NCBI GenBank assembly: GCA_964513995.1 | Contig: CAZEOQ010000008.1 | Coordinates: 8,759-72,758, forward strand | Direction: 5' to 3' | Origin: an uncultured Desulfobacterales bacterium | Lineage (GTDB): Bacteria > Desulfobacterota > DSM-4660 > Desulfatiglandales > JALVZP01 | Length of the DNA: 64,000 nt | Shown: in pieces, positions 37,702 to 45,374 of the stretch | Position numbering within the stretch: position 1 is the first letter of the stretch | Layout of the letters: each line of letters begins with the position of its first letter | The notes under the pieces: model-generated | Seen by the model: the letters and a program-made list of their open reading frames with translations, nothing else | What the model was told of the DNA's origin: nothing | Database searches by the model: none | Translations under genes and position numbers: made by a program

Positions 37702-39588
37702 ATGGCAAACTTTGAAACAGTAGAAGTCAAGACAGACCTTCTTATCATTGGTGGTGGAATGGCAGCATGTGGTGCTGCTACAGAGGCATCATATTGGGCA
37801 AAAAAGCATGGTCTTAAGGTAGTAATGGTAGATAAGGCAGTTCCAGAAAGAAGTGGTGCAGTAGCACAGGGACTTTCTGCTATAAATCTTTATCTTGGAA
37901 TGAAACATGGAGAAAATACACCTGAAGACTATGTAAGATATGTCCGCAATGACCTTATGGGAATTTCAAGAGAGGATCTCGTATACAACATTGCAAGACA
38001 TGTAGACTCAACAGTCCATCTCTTTGAGAAATGGGGACTCAGGATCTGGACAGATGAAAGTGGAAAGTATGTGCGTGAAGGAAGATGGCAGATAATGATA
38101 AACGGAGAGTCATACAAGTGGATAGTTGCAGAGGCAGCAAGAAATGCAATGAAGGATGCAGGAGGAGAGATATTTGAAAGAGTATTCATTGCAGAGCCAC
38201 TTATAGAAGGAAACAGATGTGTTGGTGCAGTAGGATTCAGCGTAAGAGAAAATAAGTTCTATGTATTTAAGGCAAGGGCAACAATAATTGCTGCAGGTGG
38301 TGCAGTCCATGTATTCCGTCCAAGATCAACAGGTGAAGGATTTGGTCGTTCCTGGTATCCACCATTCAATACAGGATCCAGTGCATACTTTACAATAAAG
38401 TCTGGATGTGAAATGACATGTCAGGAAGTAAGATTTGTTCCTGTAAGATTCAAGGATGCATATGGACCAGTTGGTGCATGGTTCCTGCTTTTTAAGTCAA
38501 GGGCAATAAGTGCAGCTGGTGGAGATTACATGGAGACAAGAAAGGATGTCCTTGAAAAATGGAAGCCATATGGACTTGCAAAACCAATCCCAGCAAACTT
38601 AAGAAACTATCTTGGACAGCTTGACCTTGATGCAGGTCTTGGACCACTTTACATGATGACACATGAGGCAATTGCGAAGCTTGCAGAGCAGTATAAGGAT
38701 GATCCAAAGGCATACAAGAGAAAGCTTAAGGAACTTGAAGCAGAAGCATGGGAAGACTTCCTTGACATGACAATCTCACAGGCACTCCTTTGGGCATCCC
38801 AGAACATAAAACCAGAAGAAAAGCCATCAGAGATTGCAGCAGCTGAACCATACTTCATAGGATCACACTCTGGTGCATCAGGTGCATGGGTAAGTGGACC
38901 AGAAGATCTTCCAACACCATACAAGTGGGGACCAGTAAACATGACAACAGTAGAAGGACTTTTTGCAGCAGGAGATGCATCTGGTGCATCACCACATAAG
39001 TTCTCATCAGGATCTCATACAGAAGGAAGGATTGCAGGAAAGTCTGCTATAAGATACCTCGTGGAGCAGAATCCACCAGAACCACAGATTGATCCAAAGA
39101 AGATAGAAGAACTCAAGAAGAAGGTCCTCTCACCACTTGATCGCTTTGAGAAGTATAAGAACTACACAACAGATCCAACAGTAAATCCAAACTACCTGCT
39201 CTGGCGTCAGTTCCTTGATAGACTCCAGAAGATCATGGATGAGTATGCAGGTGGAGTAAATGTTGGATTTAAGACAAACAAGCATCTTCTTGAAAGAGGA
39301 CTTGAGCTTCTTCAGTTCCTGAAAGAAGACAGTGAAAAGCTTGCAGCTCGTGATCTCCATGAGCTTATGAGGTGCTGGGAGTGCATCCACAGGATGTGGC
39401 AGGCAGAAGCTCATGTAAGAAGTGTCCTGTTTAGAGAGGAAACAAGATGGCCAGGATACTACTTCAGAGCAGACTTCCCAGAAATGGATGAAAAGAACTG
39501 GCACTGCTTCGTAAACTGCAGATGGAATCCAGAGACAGGTGAATGGGAGCTTATGAAGAAGGATGTATGGCATATGCCAGGAGTATAA
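37702..39588 (+). CDS. aprA: Adenylylsulfate (APS) reductase alpha subunit
   Basis: It has an FAD Rossmann fold (LLIIGGGMAACGAA), a fumarate-reductase-family fold and the conserved FREETRWPGYYFRADFPE block. Confidence 0.95.
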   Translation: MANFETVEVKTDLLIIGGGMAACGAATEASYWAKKHGLKVVMVDKAVPERSGAVAQGLSAINLYLGMKHGENTPEDYVRYVRNDLMGISREDLVYNIARHVDSTVHLFEKWGLRIWTDESGKYVREGRWQIMINGESYKWIVAEAARNAMKDAGGEIFERVFIAEPLIEGNRCVGAVGFSVRENKFYVFKARATIIAAGGAVHVFRPRSTGEGFGRSWYPPFNTGSSAYFTIKSGCEMTCQEVRFVPVRFKDAYGPVGAWFLLFKSRAISAAGGDYMETRKDVLEKWKPYGLAKPIPANLRNYLGQLDLDAGLGPLYMMTHEAIAKLAEQYKDDPKAYKRKLKELEAEAWEDFLDMTISQALLWASQNIKPEEKPSEIAAAEPYFIGSHSGASGAWVSGPEDLPTPYKWGPVNMTTVEGLFAAGDASGASPHKFSSGSHTEGRIAGKSAIRYLVEQNPPEPQIDPKKIEELKKKVLSPLDRFEKYKNYTTDPTVNPNYLLWRQFLDRLQKIMDEYAGGVNVGFKTNKHLLERGLELLQFLKEDSEKLAARDLHELMRCWECIHRMWQAEAHVRSVLFREETRWPGYYFRADFPEMDEKNWHCFVNCRWNPETGEWELMKKDVWHMPGV

Positions 39589-39607
39589 GAACAGGGCTTA
39601 AATAAAA

Positions 39608-39651
39608 TAACGCCCTGGGCTTAAAAAGCCCAGGGCGTTATACCGTTTTTT
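39608..39651 (+). terminator. Rho-independent terminator/attenuator between aprA and qmoA
   Basis: A 15-bp perfect GC-rich stem (TAACGCCCTGGGCTT / AAGCCCAGGGCGTTA) closes a 3-nt loop and is followed by TACCGTTTTTT. It starts 20 nt after the aprA stop. Confidence 0.8.
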
Positions 39652-39665
39652 GAAAGGAGGGGAAG

Positions 39666-40919
39666 ATGGCAGCTGAAAATAAATCTATTTTGGTTGTAGG
39701 TGGAGGAATGAGCGGTCTAACAGCAGCTATAGAAGCTGCAGAAGCAGGTTTTAATACATATATTGTTGAAAAGAATCCCTACATAGGAGGAAGAGTAACA
39801 CAGATATATCATTACTTTCCAAAGCTTTGTCCTCCATACTGTGGTCTTGAGATAAACTTCAGGAGAATAAAGACGAATCCAAACATAAAGGTCTTTACAA
39901 TGGCAGAAGTTGAAGAAATAAAGGGAGAAGAAGGGAATTTCCAGGTTACTGTAAAGATAAATCCAAGATATGTAAATGAAAGGTGCACTGCATGTGGAAT
40001 ATGTGAAAAGGAATGCACAGCTCAGATAGAAAATCCATTTAATTATGGAATGGACAAGGTAAAGGCAATATACCTTCCTCATCCACTTGCATATCCTATG
40101 CGCTATGTGATGGAAAGCTCTTATGCAAAGAGCGAAGAGGCAAAAAAACTGAAAGACATATGTCCTTATGGTGCAATTGATCTTGATATGAAAGAAGAAA
40201 GGATTGAACTGAATGTAGGAGCAATAATATTTGCTATTGGATGGAGTCCGTATGATGCAAAAAAACTTGATACATATGGATTTGGAAAGTATAAGGATGT
40301 GATCACGAATGTAATGATGGAAAGGCTTGTAAGCTGGACAGGACCAACAAAAGGAAAGATACTCAGACCTTCGGATGGAAAACCACCAAAAAGGGTAGCA
40401 TTTGTTCAGTGTGCAGGATCTCGTGATGAAAATCATCTTCCATACTGCTCTGGTGTATGCTGTCTTGCTTCTATGAAACATGCAAGATACATAAGAGAAC
40501 AGCTTCCAGAATGTGAAATATACATATTCTTCATAGACATAAGAGCTACTGACAGGATGGAAGACTTTTATAACAGTGTAAAAGATGATGAGAAGATAAA
40601 GTTCTTTAAAGGAAAGGTTGCAAAGATTACAGAAAAAGATGGTAAGCTTCTTCTGAAAGTTGAAGACACTACAGCTGAAGCACTGAAAGAGATAGAAGTA
40701 GATCTTGTTGTCCTTGCTACAGGAATGCAGCCAAATTCTTCCTTAGAATCCCTTCCAATTGATCTTCCAATTGACGAATACGGATTTATAGCATCACACA
40801 ATCCAGCTCCTGGAATATATGCTGCAGGCTGCACAAGAAAGCCTACTGGAGTAGCAGAAGCTGTTCAGGATGGAACAGCAGCTGCTCTTAGAGCAATCCA
40901 ATCTCTTGTGAGGAGGTAA
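39666..40919 (+). CDS. qmoA: Quinone-interacting membrane-bound oxidoreductase subunit QmoA (HdrA-like flavoprotein)
   Basis: It has ILVVGGGMSGLTAA and VQCAGSRDENHLPYCSGVCC. Its size is about 417 aa, and it is followed by qmoB and qmoC downstream of aprBA. Confidence 0.9.
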   Translation: MAAENKSILVVGGGMSGLTAAIEAAEAGFNTYIVEKNPYIGGRVTQIYHYFPKLCPPYCGLEINFRRIKTNPNIKVFTMAEVEEIKGEEGNFQVTVKINPRYVNERCTACGICEKECTAQIENPFNYGMDKVKAIYLPHPLAYPMRYVMESSYAKSEEAKKLKDICPYGAIDLDMKEERIELNVGAIIFAIGWSPYDAKKLDTYGFGKYKDVITNVMMERLVSWTGPTKGKILRPSDGKPPKRVAFVQCAGSRDENHLPYCSGVCCLASMKHARYIREQLPECEIYIFFIDIRATDRMEDFYNSVKDDEKIKFFKGKVAKITEKDGKLLLKVEDTTAEALKEIEVDLVVLATGMQPNSSLESLPIDLPIDEYGFIASHNPAPGIYAAGCTRKPTGVAEAVQDGTAAALRAIQSLVRR

Positions 40920-40924
40920 TTCAG

Positions 40925-43102
40925 ATGGAGAAGAAGATAGGTGTTTATATTTGTGAGGGGTGTGGGATAGGTGAATCTTTGGATATGGAAGCACTTGAAA
41001 AAGTTGCAACTGAAGAAGGAAAAGCAGCAGTTTGCAGACGCCATAAGGCATTCTGTTCTGAAGAAGGACTGGAGATAATAAAGAAGGACATATCAGATGG
41101 AGTAAATGCTTTGATAATTGCTGCATGTTCTCCAAGGGTCATGACAGATGTATTCAGTTTTGAAAACTGTATTCTTGAAAGGGTAAACCTGAGAGAACAG
41201 GTCGCCTGGATACAGGAGCCAAAGAATGAAGACACACAGATGATGGCAGAAGATTATCTGAGGATGGCTCTCGTAAAAGTAAAAAACATGGAACTTCCTG
41301 TTCCTTACATACCTGAGGAAGAGGTTTCAAAAGACATACTTGTTGTAGGAGGAGGGGTTGCTGGACTTAGTGCAGCAATTGAAGGAGCAAAGGCAGGATA
41401 TAACATAATCCTTGTAGAAAAGGAAAAAGAACTTGGAGGATTTCAGAGGAAGGTAAAAAAGATTGCAACAATGCCATATAAGGACATAAAGGATAATGAT
41501 ATAGACAGACTTATTGAGGAAGTAACCAAAAATGAAAGGATAAAGGTATATACAGGAGCAAGGATTGAAAGCACAGAAGGTGGACCTGGTATATTTAAGG
41601 TAAAGATAAATCAGGATGGAAAGACCGTAGAACATAAGATTGGAGCAATTGTTGTTGCAGCAGGATGGGTTCCATATGATCCAGAAAAGCTTGATCCAAA
41701 ATATGGATACGGAAAATCTCCTAAGGTCATAACAAGTGTCCAGTTTGAAGAAAGACAGAAAGAAGGATTAAAGAATGTTGCATTTATTCAGTGTGTTGGA
41801 CAGAGAGATCCAAATCACCTTCCATACTGTTCTACATTCTGCTGTATAGCATCTCTGAAACAGGCAATAGAGATAAAGCAGAATGATCCTGAAGCAAATG
41901 TATACATAGTATTTCGTGAAATGAGAACTCCTGGACATGAAGAAGATCTTTACAGAAGAGCACAAGAGCTCGGTGTAATCTTTATAAGATCACAGCAGAC
42001 AGAGGTAAAGGTTGAGGGAGATAAGGTATCTGTTGTTGCAAAGGATGAAATACTTGGAGAAGATGTCATCCTTGAGGATCTTGACCTCGTTGTCCTTGCA
42101 ACAGGAGCTGTTCCTGTAAGTGCATTTGGTGAAGAGATAATTCAGGAAAAGATAGAATCTGAAGGAGAAGAGATAGAAGTTCCACCAGATCTTATAAGAA
42201 GGAGCAACATACTGAATCTTCAGTATAGACAAGGACCAGAGATGCCTGCCTTAAAATACGACTTCCCTGATTCTCACTTTATCTGCTTCCCATATGAGAC
42301 GAGAAGGACAGGGATATATGCTGCTGGATGCATCAGGAGACCTATGGGAATTGATTCTGCAAAGGATGATGGAGCAGGAGCAATGATGAAGGCTATTCAG
42401 TGTGTTGAAAGGACTGCAAAAGGTCAGGTCGTTCATCCAAGGACCTGGGAAAGAGGCTATCTTGAAATAGATCTTTCAAGATGCACACAGTGTAAGAGAT
42501 GCACTGTTGAATGTCCATTTGGTGCAATTAATGAAGATGAAAAAGCAAATCCTATTCCTATTATTACAAGATGCAGAAGATGTGCGACATGCATGGGAGC
42601 ATGTCCACAGAGGATTATATCATTCAAGGACTATTCTGTAAGCATAATTGGAGAGATGTTAAGGGCTATAGAAGTTCCAGAAGATGAGGAAAAACTGAGA
42701 ATCCTTGTATTTGCCTGTGAAAATGATGCATATCCTGCACTTGATATGGCAGGTCAGTTCAGGCTTAAAGTTAAGCCATGGATAAGGGTCATACCACTTA
42801 GATGTCTTGGTTCACTTAATCTCGTATGGATTGCAGATGCACTTTCAAGAGGGATAGATGGTGTTCTTCTTCTCGGATGCAAGCATGGAGATGATTATCA
42901 GTGTCATTTTGTAAAAGGAAGTGAGCTTGCAAATATAAGGTTGAGCAAGATATCTGAAACACTTGAAAGACTTGCTCTTGAGCCAGAAAGAGTAAAGTTT
43001 GAAATAGTTGCTATAGATGATTATCCAAGGATTCCTGAAATGATTGAAAGCTTTGTAAAGACAATAGAAGAAATAGGACCAAATCCATTCAAAGGATGGT
43101 AA
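40925..43102 (+). CDS. qmoB: QmoB (HdrA-like flavoprotein with ferredoxin and C-terminal MvhD-like domains)
   Basis: It has ILVVGGGVAGLSAA, IQCVGQRDPNHLPYCSTFCC, CTQCKRCTVECPFGA and CRRCATCMGACP, plus the MvhD-like tail FACENDAYPA...LLLGCKHGDDYQCH. Confidence 0.9.
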   Translation: MEKKIGVYICEGCGIGESLDMEALEKVATEEGKAAVCRRHKAFCSEEGLEIIKKDISDGVNALIIAACSPRVMTDVFSFENCILERVNLREQVAWIQEPKNEDTQMMAEDYLRMALVKVKNMELPVPYIPEEEVSKDILVVGGGVAGLSAAIEGAKAGYNIILVEKEKELGGFQRKVKKIATMPYKDIKDNDIDRLIEEVTKNERIKVYTGARIESTEGGPGIFKVKINQDGKTVEHKIGAIVVAAGWVPYDPEKLDPKYGYGKSPKVITSVQFEERQKEGLKNVAFIQCVGQRDPNHLPYCSTFCCIASLKQAIEIKQNDPEANVYIVFREMRTPGHEEDLYRRAQELGVIFIRSQQTEVKVEGDKVSVVAKDEILGEDVILEDLDLVVLATGAVPVSAFGEEIIQEKIESEGEEIEVPPDLIRRSNILNLQYRQGPEMPALKYDFPDSHFICFPYETRRTGIYAAGCIRRPMGIDSAKDDGAGAMMKAIQCVERTAKGQVVHPRTWERGYLEIDLSRCTQCKRCTVECPFGAINEDEKANPIPIITRCRRCATCMGACPQRIISFKDYSVSIIGEMLRAIEVPEDEEKLRILVFACENDAYPALDMAGQFRLKVKPWIRVIPLRCLGSLNLVWIADALSRGIDGVLLLGCKHGDDYQCHFVKGSELANIRLSKISETLERLALEPERVKFEIVAIDDYPRIPEMIESFVKTIEEIGPNPFKGW

Positions 43103-43115
43103 TGGAGGTAGTGCT

Positions 43116-44261
43116 ATGGCGGTAAAAGTAGATCCTAATTTCGTAAAAGAGCTTGAGGATTTTGGGTTAAAGAAAGATGCTTTAAAGTGTTTTCATTGTG
43201 GAAACTGCACAGCAGTATGCCCTCTTTCTACTGAAGAGAATCCTTTTCCAAGAAGATTTGTAAAATACATTCAGCTTGGGCTAAAGGAAAAGATCCTGAA
43301 AAGTCCAGAACCGTGGCTCTGCTATTACTGTGGTGACTGTTCTGACAGGTGTCCAAGAGGAGCTGATCCTGGTGAAACTATGATGGTTCTTCGCAGGTAT
43401 CTTACATCAGTATATGACTGGACAGGATTTTCAAAAAAGTTTTATACATCAAAAAGCTTTGAAATAATGTCTATATTTTTCGTAGCAATATTTACAGGAA
43501 TTGCACTTTGTCTTTTTCACCTTCCAAATCCAAACCTGAAACATGCTGCAATAAATTCTGTCTGGCCTGCTGAAGCAATAGAAATAGCTGATCTTACTAT
43601 GGCAGCCGTCCTTACATTTTTCCTTATAACAAACGCATACAGATGTGCAAAGTTTATAATGGGTGATCTCCTTTTTAAGATTCCTTTAAACATCTATGTA
43701 AGTCAGGCAAAGGAATTTATCGTTCACTTCTTTACACAAAAAAGATTGAGGGACTGCACTGATAAAAGACAGTGGTTGATCCATTTTCTTATAATGACTG
43801 GATACAGCACTGCATTCCTTCTTGTCGTAGGATTTCTTGCTGGTGGAATAAAGGTCATTGGTCTTGCATGGGAACCAATTAAATTTCAGAGAGATGTAAT
43901 TTATCCTTGGTTTCATCCTATGAGACTTTTTGGATATTATGCAACATTTGCACTCCTTTATGGAACAACATATGCACTTATTGGAAGGATAAAAAAGAGC
44001 AAAGCACCATATAAGAACAGTCATGCAACAGACTGGACATTTCTAATACTTCTTCAGCTTACAACTCTTACTGGAATAATTGTTCACTTTTGCAGACTAC
44101 TTGATCTTCCAATTGCAACATATGTCTTTTATGTCCTTCATCTTATGATTGCTGTTCCTATGCTAATCCTTGAAGTTCCATTTGCAAAATGGGCTCATCT
44201 CGTATACAGACCACTTGTCATATATCTGATGAAGGTAAAAGAGGAATATGAAAGAAGATAG
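43116..44261 (+). CDS. qmoC: QmoC (HdrC-like Fe-S domain fused to HdrE/NarI-like membrane cytochrome b domain)
   Basis: It has N-terminal CFHCGNCTAVCP and CYYCGDCSDRCP motifs, followed by about 6 TM helices. Confidence 0.85.
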   Translation: MAVKVDPNFVKELEDFGLKKDALKCFHCGNCTAVCPLSTEENPFPRRFVKYIQLGLKEKILKSPEPWLCYYCGDCSDRCPRGADPGETMMVLRRYLTSVYDWTGFSKKFYTSKSFEIMSIFFVAIFTGIALCLFHLPNPNLKHAAINSVWPAEAIEIADLTMAAVLTFFLITNAYRCAKFIMGDLLFKIPLNIYVSQAKEFIVHFFTQKRLRDCTDKRQWLIHFLIMTGYSTAFLLVVGFLAGGIKVIGLAWEPIKFQRDVIYPWFHPMRLFGYYATFALLYGTTYALIGRIKKSKAPYKNSHATDWTFLILLQLTTLTGIIVHFCRLLDLPIATYVFYVLHLMIAVPMLILEVPFAKWAHLVYRPLVIYLMKVKEEYERR

Positions 44262-44360
44262 CAGGATGTGCACAGGAATCCTGCCCCCTAAAAACCCCCT
44301 CAGACCACCCTCCTCTACAGTTTTCTCAAAACTTTCCTTCCTTCTGTGCACATCCTGCTA
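44259..44360. repeat. 102-bp C-rich element bounded by a perfect 17-bp inverted repeat, at the qmoC stop codon
   Basis: TAGCAGGATGTGCACAG (44259-44275) is the exact reverse complement of CTGTGCACATCCTGCTA (44344-44360). The 68-nt interior is pyrimidine-rich and includes CCCCCT twice and CCACCCTCCTC. Confidence 0.7.
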
Positions 44361-44414
44361 TTTATGCAAATTCAGAAAAAAATGTCCAGAAAAAAATAAA
44401 ACTGGAGGCAGGTA

Positions 44415-44687
44415 ATGAAAGTAAAAGAACCTCCAACCTGCCCATACTGTGGTTCAAAGATGAAGAAATGGAGACCTCCTCTTAATTCAACCTGGACAGC
44501 AGAATTCAATTGGGTATGTTTTAATGATGAATGTCCTTATTTTGTAAGGGGATGGGATCATCTTCTTAAGACACAAAATGTAAAGGCATCATACAGATAC
44601 ATGATAGATGCAGATACAGGTGTTGCATCTCCTCTTCCATGCTGGTCATATGATGCTCATAAGGATAAGATTATAGAAGATGATTGA
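44415..44687 (+). CDS. Hypothetical zinc-ribbon protein (90 aa)
   Basis: It has an RBS (GGAGG) and the CPYCGSK...CFNDECPYF four-Cys arrangement. It overlaps the next ORF by 8 nt. Confidence 0.6.
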   Translation: MKVKEPPTCPYCGSKMKKWRPPLNSTWTAEFNWVCFNDECPYFVRGWDHLLKTQNVKASYRYMIDADTGVASPLPCWSYDAHKDKIIEDD

Positions 44688-45321
44688 TGAAGAAAAACTT
44701 ATAGCAAAGGCTCTTAAAGAGATTCCATTTGAAAAGAGCTTTATGATAACAAGCCTTCCAGAAGTTGATTATAAGCCTATAAAGAAAATAAAGAAGAAGT
44801 TGGACATAAGGAAAATAACAGGAAAGGATTTTGGTTTGAGATTTATAGACATAGATTCATATGCAAAGATATTTGGTTTAAAAAAGATACCTGATGCAGT
44901 TATGGTAAATGTTTTAAAGACAAAGATAACAGATCCAAAAAACATATATATTGCAGTAAAAAAAGAAGTAAATGAAAGCACTGTTATTCACGAAATAGCT
45001 CATGCACTTGACTATATTGCAGGATCTCAACTTCTTCCTGCACTTGCTCAGGCTCTCTCTTTTGAGTTTTCTATTCCTGTAGAACACCTTGAACACACAC
45101 ACGAATTTGGATACTGGTTTGACTATTTGAGAAAGAGGCTTCATGTAAAACCAGATCCAGAAGATTACATAATCTGCGTTCTTTATGAAAAAGGTCTTCT
45201 TATAAAAGGAGAGGAGATAAGAAAAAGAGATGGAAGTTTATTAAGGAAGAAGTCTGAAGCTATCATAAGGTTTCTTTTAGAAAATTACAACTCCCTCCTT
45301 TCACGTATAAGATCCAAATAA
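44680..45321 (+). CDS. Hypothetical protein with HExxH metallopeptidase-like motif (213 aa)
   Basis: It has a single VIHEIAHALDY motif plus downstream EHLEHTHEFGYW. It is translationally coupled to the zinc-ribbon ORF. I recognised no family. Confidence 0.55.
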   Translation: MIDEEKLIAKALKEIPFEKSFMITSLPEVDYKPIKKIKKKLDIRKITGKDFGLRFIDIDSYAKIFGLKKIPDAVMVNVLKTKITDPKNIYIAVKKEVNESTVIHEIAHALDYIAGSQLLPALAQALSFEFSIPVEHLEHTHEFGYWFDYLRKRLHVKPDPEDYIICVLYEKGLLIKGEEIRKRDGSLLRKKSEAIIRFLLENYNSLLSRIRSK

Positions 45322-45324
45322 TCA

Positions 45325-45356
45325 CGGACAAATAAAAAAAAAGTCCGATTTTTTTT
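45325..45356 (+). terminator. Weak candidate terminator after the HExxH ORF
   Basis: CGGAC-N13-GTCCG is followed by ATTTTTTTT. The stem is only 5 bp and the loop is A-rich. Confidence 0.35.
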
Positions 45357-45374
45357 AAAAAAAGGAGGAAAAAG

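Noticed and set aside
39717-40481. A 254-aa minus-strand ORF inside qmoA, and similar antisense ORFs such as 35707-36237 in sat, 4809-5270 in the FlxA-like gene, and 13587-14057 opposite the Sec-HdrA gene.
   Set aside because: All lie antisense to genes with strong family motifs. They are Cys/Phe/Tyr/Ile-rich and lack an RBS or any recognisable motif. Long spurious antisense ORFs are expected when sense codons are purine-rich and AT-rich.
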